Shown piece after piece: positions 1-12,200 of a DNA stretch of 64,000 bases (position 1 is the stretch's first letter; each line of letters begins with the position of its first letter). The DNA lies in the NCBI GenBank assembly GCA_002633005.1, contig NMRA01000299.1, positions 62,001 to 126,000 of the forward strand, in the 5' to 3' direction. This DNA comes from Phoronis australis (taxonomy: Eukaryota > Animalia > Phoronida). Made by a program: the position numbers and the translations under genes. The notes beneath the pieces were generated by a model. It saw nothing but the letters and a program-made list of their open reading frames with translations. It did not search any database and was not told where the DNA came from.

Positions 1-2270
1 AAAGGAATTCTTTTGCGGGGCATTTAATGATTGGAAAAGGTAGTCATTTGTTAAAATATGCCTGTAAAAATTATTGACACTGTTCTGTATCACCTCTTCA
101 TGTTATTGACTGAGCAGTGTATTTTTCAAAAGAGATGAAACTTGACCAGTGAAGTTTAAAAATTAAAGAGTTAAGCTATGTTTTTACAAAAATGCTATGA
201 ATAAGGTGTGCCAGTGAGTGTTACAAGAAATGAAAAAACCTAAAAACGGATGCTTATGAGACAGAAAGTTAAAGTACAGGTGGTCACTCAGTAATTATTG
301 TAGGTATGTAATCCACCATGAACAAAATCACCCTTGGTCAGTCGTTTTGTGAGATATTTTGATTTCAGTTCTCTGACATAATTACTGAACTTGTCTCATC
401 TTATGCACGAAAAACACTGATTGCGGATTTATTTTTCATTTAATGGTGTCTCTTAACTAATTTTCATGCCATTAACGATTTGGACAGTATGTTCCAGTGC
501 TAAGTGATTGTTGCGTTATTAAACCAGCTCGCTGACAGGCCTAATCTTATCAATATTGCGGTTTCCAAGCCATAGGTGCATTTGGGCGTATGGATCCCTA
601 AGCACCTCATTAAATGGCACCGATTGTCAGGTCTCCCCTAGGGGTTCGTCGGCCATGATTTACGATTCATTGTTTGTAAAGACCTCTACACTAGAAAACA
701 ACTCGTAGTTTATTATTGTTCCTGTTCGTTGTTTTCCAAAATTGTAAACTCCTGCCTCATAGTGACAGAACTGAATGATCTAATTTGTGAATAATTAACA
801 CAGGACTTGTGTCAGAGTCAGTGCAAAGTTTAATAAATATGTCAAATACATCAGTTCATTATGTACGTACAATTGTTGTTTTTATAGAAAGTTGTGTGAA
901 TAATAGCTATGATATAACGCACCCATAATCTGGGCACAGACAAGGGGCACATCGACTGAAGGAGATGAATGCCCATTTGCTAACAGGAAAGTCAGAATAT
1001 ACCAGTTTATTCAAGGGTTGTCATATTTTACACCTCATGAGCTGTATAAGTTTGATTTAAGAAAGAGTTTACAATGTTAACCCAATGGTTCAAGTGCAGT
1101 GTAGTATTGGATATTGTATAAAACCACTTAATTACTTTAAAAAGATTTACCATTTTGTCTGAAAACTCAGGGTTTGCTGTACAGTAAATAATTTACCAGA
1201 TTCTCTTACAACTGAACTTCAGGCAGGAATTGTTGAAAACTGGGTTTGTATTTTGCTGGCAGTCTTTGCTTATTCATTAAGACAATTCAGTAGACGAGCT
1301 CGACCATTATAATAGGGCTGTGTTGTGGCATCATCTGTGATTCTAAACAATTGCAAAAATTGTGAACATTCAATACAAATGAAATCTTGGGGAACACTCA
1401 TGGGATTTTTACTTGTTTACTACTAGATTCATTACTCAAGCCGTTATCTTGATATCATCAACTTGAAACCAATAACGTTTCTTTGATTTGAGAACATTCA
1501 GTGACTAACTGCTGCCTTTGGCTTCCTTATGGCAAAATATCTCATGTGTTTGATGAAAATAATTGGCATAATTGGTCTTTTTCAGTTTATTTTTCAAAAG
1601 CTAACATTGTTTTTAAATGTCCAAAATCTCAGAAACATTGCTGGGTATCAAAGGACGTTATATGATTTTATATTTTTAAAATGTTTGTTGCTATTAACGT
1701 TTTATTAAAAAATGAGCACCAAATTTCATTAATGTCAACCTATACCTCCTTCCTATCCTAAATCCACCACAAGACTGCACTTGTTGACAGTTTTTGTCAC
1801 CTCATGGCTCTCGATTACAAGTTCACAAGTTCAACATACCACCATAGACATCTTAATACTGTGATGTCTGTGTTTCGAGTGTGGCGCCGGAATACTACAC
1901 ACGTCGTGTGTATTGGGTATACAGGAAGGTATCCCTGGAGTCATTTGTCAAATGGACTGTGTTAATATTTGGCAGCAACAAAAGTGAGCACGATGAGACT
2001 CGACTCTGTGCTTTGATGATTGGAACATTAGCCGGTGTTACTTTGAATGAGGGAAAATGAGAGTTTGAAAAGCAGTCATTCTCATTTGTTGGACACACTA
2101 CTGACTACTGGCATAAAACCCGATCCACGTAAGGTTTAGACTTGTTGAAAAGTGATCATATGGACATGGGATTGTGCTCTGACTAGTGACAATAACGGAC
2201 TGTCTCACAAGATAATGATCAGTAGGCCTATGTGACCAAGTCGGGCAGAGATTCTAAGCCACCAGTGACA

Positions 2271-2383
2271 CTCGTAGAGACCAAGTGACTTTGCCCTGTG
2301 GAATGCTGTCTCGTAGAGACCAAGTGACTGCCCTGTGGAATGCTGTCTCGTAGAGACCAAGTGACTGCCCTGTGGAATGCTGT
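2271..2383. repeat. Minisatellite, 3 copies of 37-39 bp
   Basis: CTCGTAGAGACCAAGTGACT(TT)GCCCTGTGGAATGCTGT three times with no spacers. Confidence 0.9.
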
Positions 2384-2421
2384 AGTAGTTTATAAGTTGA
2401 TTAGCATAAGTACTCAGTAGC

Positions 2422-2581
2422 CAGTGGAGGATTTAGAGGGGGGCCAACGGGGCCATGGCCACCATTAAAATTTTCCCAGTTTACATTTGTCAGAAAGGGG
2501 GTGCGAATGTCTGATGGGCAAAATCCTGGCTAAAACTCCGCCATGCTCCCCCCCCAACTCAAAATTCCGGATCCGCCCCTG
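2422..2581. mobile_element. Short MITE (CAGGGGCGGATCC-type ends)
   Basis: CAGTGGAGGATTTAG... versus ...CCGGATCCGCCCCTG; GTAGC directly repeated on both flanks. Confidence 0.6.
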
Positions 2582-5500
2582 GTAGCTGATTGATGTTAGG
2601 TAGTTAACCTTGAGAAAGGGGGATGTTGTGTAGTCTGTAAATTGTATTTGGTTACGATTGCGTCCGCTAGGGTCGCTGCTTATTCCTCTAACAAATAGAT
2701 AAGTGTTGTCAGTACAACGCTCTTGAATGCAAAATAACCTGGGTTCAACCCATGCAGGTAACACAACAATATGAATAAGTGTGAATTTTACAGACTGAGG
2801 AATTCGGTCTGTTGTCCTGTGAAAAGTATTTATGATCGACATATGTCCCGAAAAATAGATAAATGATACGTGCGTCGCAAGCTCGTTACCAGAGGGGAGA
2901 TGAAGCAGCAGCAGATATTTTACATAGTGAATATCAGATGTTCAACTTACACATCACGTCATCAGAAATTGAAAATGGCAGCTAAAAAATTGTATTCTTG
3001 GACGTGAAAGAACTTGTAAGATATGTAATACAGAAGAGATTGAATCAGAGAGCACAGCACTTGTATTAACCATGAACTTTGACTAAACCATTGATTTCAT
3101 TAACCAGTTTAGTATAAAAACCTCTGCAAGTAATGACATGTACAAGACTCAAATACTTATCATTTTCCATTCGGGGTTAAGTAATTTCATAACATTGACG
3201 AATAACTCAATTGAATTCAATAATTAGAACTGACTTTTTCAAATGAGTTGTATGAGTTGAGTTTTGTTAACAAGCAGTTTGACTGCAATACCCAGAAAAC
3301 AAGAAAGTAAACAAAGTCAGGATATCGCTCTGTTTTTCAACAGCCGATGCATATTGACATTTGAGAGACTTGAAGTCTGCAGTAGGAGACATACGGGCAA
3401 CTTTAACTTTTAAACTTACAACAAACCACACTAATTTTAATTGCAGAGCAACAAAATCTAATTCTATACTTAATTTACAAAACTAGGTAGACAAATCATT
3501 GTCGTTGCAACCTCACTCCACCATACCTATGTCCAGCTGTATCAAATTTTACATCTATATTGGCCAGTACTAAAACTCCCTTTCTGAAAGAACAGTCTGA
3601 AAGTACAAGTCGGAGCTTGTTTGCAGCAGAAAATACCAGGAAACACATTTCAGGTGGATTACTTTTACAGTAGTATTTAAATGGATACTAAACCTGACTT
3701 GATGATTTCAACCAATCCTCACTCTGCCAAATGCTAATGCGTTACTGACATCAATACTTAAAGAAAAAAAAGGAATCGCCTAAAGACTAGTCCCAGTGTC
3801 GCACATTGGATATTGTGGTTCTTAATGGGTGTTTTTCCTCACAGTTGCCGTGTAATTCACTAAGAGCGTAGGTCATACTTGCACGTTTAGCAGATTTTGA
3901 AACAGTTTTCTAAATTTTCTCAAAAAATTGAGAGTTCTTCAGGATTACAGAGCATTATTTTGATTGAGATAGATCGATGAATCGTCATTTTCAATATCTG
4001 TTCATAGGCAAAAACTGGGTTTGGTATCATTTCAAACAAGTGCAATTACATTAAGTGCTCAAATGCGCTCACGATTGCACCCCAAACGTAATACTTATTA
4101 AGATGTTTACTGGTATATAAAAATGACAACTAAAAGCCGCAGTGTATGTCAAGCTCGTCTAAAAGTGGGAAGAAGTAGTCTCCCTAAAAGTGGGTGATCA
4201 GCAGGACGCCTAAGGACGAAACAACAAATAAGAACTGGTCACGTGACCACATAGACCTAGACAAAAAGATCTTGTTGTCACTATGAAAAATAGTGGCAAC
4301 CACAAGGAAGTCGCCATTACAATATTGCATAAATAACAAAAACACATACATTATTTCCAAAATTTCTCAAGCAGGTAGGCAAGCTGGCTGAGCGATGAAA
4401 ATACATCATGTGGGAGTGAGCCTGTAGAAAGTCTCAAAGCAATGCATTGACCTTTTTGTCGCAGTTTGTCACAAAATTCAGTCATGATTTATGTACGGCT
4501 GTAACCATTAGTAACGATCAGACTGAAAATGGCGAGTTGAAAATTTTCGGTTGCCTTCAATTTTTTCTTTTGAATTCTCAGTCACAACATAAGATGTTAA
4601 TCATCACTAGTCAACGAAAACATTTGTATGCATTGGTTTACATCAAAAATAACCTAATTAGACTTTGAGTCTTTTTTGTGTAAAATTGATCAGTATGCTC
4701 AACATGATGAGATAGCCAACACCCGTTTTCATCTCTTCAGCCAGTGTTTGCCTGTACAGTAAATTAACGAAACTGCACAACAGAATGTCTAGTCTTCTGC
4801 CAGTTATCAATTATATGACCATCGACACATTTTGATTAGATGTTTGTTAATTTTAAATTCAAGTAGATATCCACTTTACAAACAGACTCTGTTTTCAGCA
4901 TTTCGCCTGAAATAAAATTACACATTGTCGGTCAAGTTGTATCTTGTGACTCATGAAAACTTGTGTCGAGATGACCAAGCACAAAGACTTAACACTATAT
5001 TCCAAATATCCAGTGCAGACAGGAAATGAGGTTGAAAAGAAAACGAACATTAACTCTCCCGTCAGACTATAGCTAAACTGATGATGCACATTGCAGTTGC
5101 GCATACTAAGCATAAGAAGTATCCAAAAGTATCAGTGGGTGTATTGTGCAAAATACTGAAACACTACGCACATACAAGTCGTAATGGTTAGACTGTACAA
5201 AGTGGAGCAGCATATAGGTCTCAAAGCCAATGAAATCATGGGTTCATCTCAACTATGGCATAAAGAAAGTCAGATTATTTTTTCCCCAATACGGGTTCTT
5301 CTCCAAATTTTATGAAAATTCATCAAGGCACACTTAAGATACAAAGGCAAACATAAAATACAAAACTTGTCACTACGGGAAAAACGTTAGCCGTACCCAT
5401 GGGTGCCTCAAAATAAATACTAGCACTTGAATAATTTGAAAATTAGTCTTCATAGTGGCTGGTGTGCATAAAATGAGTTCACAGCAGAGGTGCATATTTA

Positions 5501-6118
5501 GCCAAATATCTACAAAATTAGATTTTTACTCAGTAAAATTATATACTTTCTGTAAGTAGAAAGTGTGTAGAATTTAATTTTTGACTTTGTTTTTTTCCCA
5601 GTCTATTATTAATTGGGTCAAGTGACCATTTCTTTTAAATAAGAAGGTGTGTAGAAAGCAAAACAATGGTACCAAAACACGATCAAATTTCGATATAAGA
5701 GTTCAAAGTGAGACAGTGAAAATTTTGTTCTATGCAACTTCAAACTTTTTCATGAAAATCATAAAAAGTCCTTTTCGATAGTTGTTCACGGAAAAGGGGA
5801 ACATTTTGAAAATAATTCCTGGCAGCATTTTGGAAAACAATGCATAAAACATAGTATGCGAAAGTTTTACATGAATCCATCGCGCTGTTTCTCAGATATC
5901 ATGTCGTGACGTTACACAAAGTTGCACGGGGTCCTACATAGTCTTAATGCTGTGACAAATTAATGTTCGTCAAAATGTTTCTTTTAAACAATTTATAAAT
6001 GAATAATAATAGCATTGGAAATTATTCCCACTGTGATTTACATTTTATATAACGATTTCAGTTTTACATTTTTCACTAATAAAACTAATACCATCATCTA
6101 TTTGACAATATTTTATAG

Positions 6119-6265
6119 TCAGGTATCCATGTTGTCACTTTCTGTCAAGTCTTGAGTATCCATGGCAACATTTGTCTTTGTTTCATTCATTTCCAATTTC
6201 TGCTCAAAACCACAGTCTACATTCCCTGCTTGATTGCTGAAGCTAGATAGGTCATCTTCAAAACA
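6119..6265 (-). CDS. VCPIP1: VCPIP1 terminal coding exon 18
   Basis: ttgcag|CFEDDLSSFSNQAGNVDCGFEQKLEMNETKTNVAMDTQDLTESDNMDT*; the tail resembles vertebrate MDSQDAEMTNTTEPMDHS. Confidence 0.82.
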   Translation of the reverse strand, partial: CFEDDLSSFSNQAGNVDCGFEQKLEMNETKTNVAMDTQDLTESDNMDT

Positions 6266-9200
6266 CTGCAAATGAAATACAGTCATGGATTAGCAATCCA
6301 AAATGCTCAGAGAAAGTAAGGCTAATATTTAAGTAAAATCGTTTCATGTATTTCACTATCGAGCAATCCTTAAGTTGCTAAATAGTGTTTTACGACCGGT
6401 GAATAATGTTAATGTGCTCACAATACAATTGACTTTTAATGCACTGTCAGGGCTACCGCAGAGTGAGAGCTACTAATTGTACTAGTGAGGATAGTCAAGT
6501 GTCACTTGCGTGCTTGAACTAGCGGCCATGTTGACACAAGTTGCCATCACAGTTATAGTTCACTTGAGGCAGACAGTTCAACTTGTAGCTCTTCATCTCT
6601 AGTGGCATTTTTGATGGTGCAGGGAATGTCAAACTGAGGTAGACTGGCGAGAGATGTTACTACTGATGGGGCCTAGGTTGTGATGGATGACGACAATGAT
6701 GATATGTTTAATGGTACAAAATTTTGGATAAAACTGACAAGCAATTGTCCAAAAGCTATTGAAGTGCAAGCTGCTAGTGATATAAAAAAGGAAAACAAAT
6801 CGATAATCATGCTACCCAAGTATTGTAAGGAATCACACATAACCCTTACAGCATTTTTGCCCTCAGCAGCATTAAACTGAATTGACCATTCAATTGTCTT
6901 AAATTTTGAGTTAATGAACCATGCTCAGCTTGATGAACCCAAGTTTTTAATTTCCCAATTTCAATATAATTGGTGTCAATTCAAGATGGGCACAGTAACA
7001 ATGGCGAAAAAANTGAGGATAGTCAAGTGTCACTTGGGTGCTTGAACTAGCGGCCATGTTGACACAAGTTGCCATCACAGTTATAGTTCACTTGAGGCAG
7101 ACAGTTCAACTTGTAGCTCTTCATATCTAGTGGCATTTTTGATGGTGCAGGGAATGTCAAACTGAGGTAGACTGGCGAGAGATGTTACTACTGATGGGGC
7201 CTAGGTTGTGATGGATGACGACAATGATGATATGTTTAATGGTACAAAATTTTGGATAAAACTGACAAGCAATTGTCCAAAAGCTATTGAAGTGCAAGCT
7301 GCTAGTGATATAAAAAAGGAAAACAAATCGATAATCATGCTACCCAAGTATTGTAAGGAATCACACATAACCCTTACAGCATTTTTGCCCTCAGCAGCAT
7401 TAAACTGAATTGACCATTCAATTGTCTTAAATTTTGCGTTAATGAACCATGCTCAGCTTGATGAACCCAAGTTTTTAATTTCCCAATTTCAATATAATTG
7501 GTGTCAATTCAAGATGGGCACAGTAACAATGGCGAAAAAATGGACGAGCTGTAATTTTTGAGACTTCATGGCGAAAAATGGACTTGATGTAATCTTAGGA
7601 AGTTCATGGACAAAAAACTGGAACGCTATTATCAGAAATTTGAGTGGGCTAGTCAAACAATATAGCAAAGACAGATATCTTGACTTGTAAGGCAACTCTG
7701 AATGTCATCAGCATAACATACATGGGCACAAACAAGGACCTGAAGTTTATTTTGTAGTTCAAAGTAGGTGTATTATTGGAACGGTTTATAGCAACAAATA
7801 TCAGACAGTAAACAACTACTGCTTAACAATAGTCTGGAGACACCCACCTCATCCTGTGAATCCTCCTCACTTATTGTTTTTTCAAATGTTTTTGCCAGCT
7901 GATCAAATACATGCATCTGTCTGTTTGTCTTGCTTGTGGCCACTGGTTTTACAACAGAGTAACCTGAAATTGCAGAAAATGTCGACAGCTTCATTGCACA
8001 AGTGGTGATTAGTTGTTTCCAAAACACAACAAGAGCAACGCAGAGCATTGAAATGCGCCCCCGAATGCACCGCAAACGGAATGCTTCTAGGGTTGTATGC
8101 TGGTTTCATAAAAATAGCCACCAGAGGGCGAAAACACGTCCAATCCATCTGTAAATGGGTACATGCCATTTTTTCTTTAATAGAAAGCTATTTACCAAAT
8201 TTCATAAAAATCTGTCAAGAAACTTCAGAGAAACAAAGGAAAACAAAAAATAATGAAATTGCCACTTTGGGACATAGCCTTCATTGGATCTGCCTGAAAG
8301 ACGTCGTCATCTGTTGTTAGCTTCATATAAATACAGTTACTAAATTTAATAAAGATCCTGTATTGAGTTTAGAAGATGCAGCTATGGGTGCAAAACAAAA
8401 CAAAACTACAACAAGGAGGCACTACAGTAGACGAATGCGTTGTTGTCAACCGTTCTCTTCACACTGAGAACATATACACCAATTTTCAAAGTCATCCTCA
8501 GAATGGTTTGGTTGTTCGAGGGGTGCCGGACGCCAAAAAATAAGACTCGAAAACAGGAAAAATGGCCACTAGGTGGCACAAAAGTTCCTCGATTCCATCC
8601 AAAAGCAAGAGGATAGCATCATCTCACCAATAAATGCATTATATTCCAAACTTTCTGATAATCCATTAAGGACCTTTGAAGATACAGAGGTGAGCCTAAA
8701 AAATGAAAATTGCTACTAGGGGCACACTGGTAGACAGATCCGCCTGAAAGTTGTTGTCATCCGTTGTTAACATCATTAATACACTTGCTAAATTTAGCAA
8801 AGATGCTGCAAATGATTAAGGAGATACAGCCATGGGCGCAAAAAACTAGGAAGCGCCACAGTTGTCAAAGTCATTGGTAAATCATAATCAGCTTCATAGT
8901 AAGAACATAATGCCAATTTTCACTATCATCCTTAGTGCGGTTTGGTTGATAGAGGGCTGGAAGCCAAAAAACAGACTAACAAACAGTAAAAATGGCCACT
9001 AGGTGGCGCAAACTACGTCAAATCCATTCGAAAATGGGAGGATAGCATCATCTCATCATGCCTATATGCCAAATTTTATGAAAATAATATAAATATGTGG
9101 GCGCATAACAAGGGGAATGTGGAGCTTTAAAATGCACCCACGAATGCACCACAAATGGTGTGCTGTTTGGGGTGATTATTTCTATTGTAAAATAACCACT

Positions 9201-12200
9201 AGATAGCGCAAAATATATTTAATCCATCTCAAAATGGAAGCATGTCATCGTCTCTTTAATAGTCTAGCATTAAAATCTGTCAAAAAAACTTCAGTGAAAC
9301 AAAAGAAAACAGAAAAAATGAAATTGCCACTAGGAACACAGCGTATGTCGGGTCCGTCTGAAAGTCGGCATCATCCGTTATCCACTTCATAACAATAAAG
9401 ATCTTGCATTGGTTTAGGAGATACAGCTATGGGCGCAAAAACACAAAACCACCACTAGGAGGTACCACAGGAGGCCAAGTCATTGGAAATTCATCGTCAC
9501 GGGTTCTCTTTACACTAATATCACATACCCAGTATGCAAATTTTCAGAATCATCCTTAGAGTGGTTTGATTGTTGGTGGGGCAAATACCAAAATCAGAAG
9601 GTAAAACAGCAAAAATGGTCACTAGATGGCGCAAAATAAGTAGAATCTATCTGAAAACTGGAACATATCATCGTTTCTTAAAAACAAAGCTATAAATTTT
9701 ATAAAAATCTGTCGAGGAACTTCAGAGAAAGATAAAAGAAAAAACGAAATTGCCACTAGGGGGCACAGGGTCTTTTATGAGCACAGCCCCAGGAATCACT
9801 TTCGCAATATATCCAGGTTCTCATTCCCTACATTGCACACATTCACTAGTAAGATCAAACTCAGAGGAATAACAGACACCTTTGGGCAATGCTCGTAGTC
9901 AACCAGTGAAGCCCGGTGTACCAAGTGGAATTACGGAGTTCTAACCACTGGGCACAGCATTTGTCGAATCTACCTGAAATTCATCAGTGTCCGTTGTCAA
10001 CTTCATATAAATAGACTTGCTAAATTTGATAAAGATCCTGTAGTGGGTTTAGGAGATACAGCTATGGGTGCAAAAAACTGCCACTAAGAGGTGCCACAGT
10101 AGACGAAGTCGTTTGGAAAATCATCGTCAACCGTCTTCTTCACACTAAGAACATGTATGCCAATTTTTACAATCATCCTTTGTGTGCTTTGGTTGATAAA
10201 GGGGTGGACACTAAAACAGTAAAAAGGGCCACTAGGTGGCACAAAATAACTCAAACCCATCCGAAAATGTGAGAATAGTGTAATCTCACTAATTGAAGTC
10301 TGTGTGCCAAATTTCATTAAAATACACTGAGGACCTTTGAAGATACAGAGGTAAATGTAAAAAACTAATATTGCCACTAGGAGACACAGCGTTTGATGGG
10401 TCCGTCTGAAAGTCGTTGTCGACCATTGTCAGCTTCATACAAATACACTTACTCAATGAAATAAAGGTCCTACAAGGGGTTCATGAGCTTTAGCTATGGG
10501 CGTAAAAAAACGAAACTGCCACTACAAGGCGCCACAGTAGTCAAAGTCATCGGAAAATCATTGTCAACCATCCACTTTACACTAAGAACATAATTTATAT
10601 GTCAACTTTCAAAATCTAAAATGGTTTGCTTGATAAAGGAGCGGACGCCAAAAAGCAAACTTGAAAACAGTAAAAATGACCAAAAGGGTGGTGCAAAATA
10701 CCTCGAATCCATCCGAAAACAGGAGGATAGAGTTATCTCAATAACAGATGCCTATGTGACAAATTTCATGAAAATTTGTTGAGGACCTTTGAAGATACGG
10801 AATAATCCTCCATGGACCAGATCCGATGTGGTAAAGAAAAATCAGTTCCGTTATTTTTGTCGCCAACCTAGATTTTCAAGTGCCAATGCAACAAACTCAA
10901 ATCACTTAATACTGCACATCCATACAAAGTATTTTGAGCAAAACTGAATATTGATATTCAGGTAAACATCACAAGCCAAGAGATTTTTTTTCTTGTGAAA
11001 TTTGCACTGATTAGTACAGTAAAATCTCAAAAATTTTGTTAAAAAATAATTGTCAAAATTGATCTTTTTTATTTTTCAAATGCTTCTAATATCATTTTGA
11101 ATGTCCATAGTTGCTGGAAATATTGTCTGAAGGTAGCTACGGCATAGACATTTAAAATGGTGTAGCATTTATTTGGTGCTACTTATCTGAAAACACAAAA
11201 TTTCACGTGTCGGCCATTGTGTCCTAAAGCCCTGTGGAAAACTGTTTGAACTTTGGGTTTGTAGACTTTAATTTTGAAGTGACCAGGGTAACTAATTGTA
11301 GGCTAAGTAACAACACAACATTCATTAAAATTTCTGATTTAAACGGCTACATCTGCTTGAGTACAAAGGGTGTGCACCCAAATGTTTTCAGTATGGCAGA
11401 AAAATGAAATTTTATTTTCTAATTTTTAACGGAAGATAAGTAGTAGAACCAAATTAATGCTTTGCATCTTTCAAGTTCTGAACAATAGCTACCATGAGAC
11501 ATTTTGAAAAACTGAAAATTGATAACAATGTTACAACAGTTGGAAATATTGACAATTACATTTAGTCTATAATGATGAATAATAAGTGCATCTGCACAAG
11601 CCAATAAATCTATTCCACACATCTGATTGATTGGAAATTGTCTCCGACAAAAAGACGCAGTTTCTCAGTACAACTAACTAAAAACACCTTGTATACCTGG
11701 ACCGACTCGTTCATATGTATCACTGCCGTCTCCACATGGAGATTCTTCATCTTCTTCCTGTATCGAGTCAGGACGATGACCAAAGCGGGAATAATCGTTG
11801 AAAGACTTCACTCGATTATGGTGCTGGTGATTAGGCTCGAGATCCTGTGGCATTTTAATGTTTTCCTTGTTTCCGCTTAGCGTATGGCCTTAAAATGTAA
11901 GTCACAATATTACACTGATGTATAACATTTTCAAATGACACAATAAGTGCACATGACTCATAAAAGTTAATTGGACTCAATCCCCAAGAAATATCTTTTG
12001 ACACAATGTAATTCTCACTTATTCTCTTGTGCCATAGTGTAGCTGATGATGTGCAGGTGCCTGTGAGTACTTGAGGGCAGGGTACACTGTGCCAGGGGGA
12101 ACACATAAATTAGATAAATGGTAAGGTGAAATATCATCACATACAAAGGTGTGACATAGTTAATATATGTATATGCGCAAGATTAAAAGAACGTTCAACG

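Noticed and set aside
2271-2383. 37-bp direct repeats as a CRISPR array
   Set aside because: The repeats are contiguous with no spacers, there are no cas genes, and the context is eukaryotic; it is a minisatellite.
6553-6672. Possible alternative last exon APSVVTS...SSEL* (minus strand, phase 0)
   Set aside because: Weak pyrimidine tract, no homology, and it lies in the artefactual duplication; exon 18 fits the conserved C-terminus better.
6680-7408. Two identical 66-aa ORFs as a duplicated small gene
   Set aside because: They are produced by the N-centred duplication, start at GTG and show no coding features.
8028-10800. Regularly spaced conserved motif as a CRISPR-like repeat-spacer array
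   Set aside because: The sequences between motifs are homologous to each other, forming three recurring subunit types rather than unique spacers.
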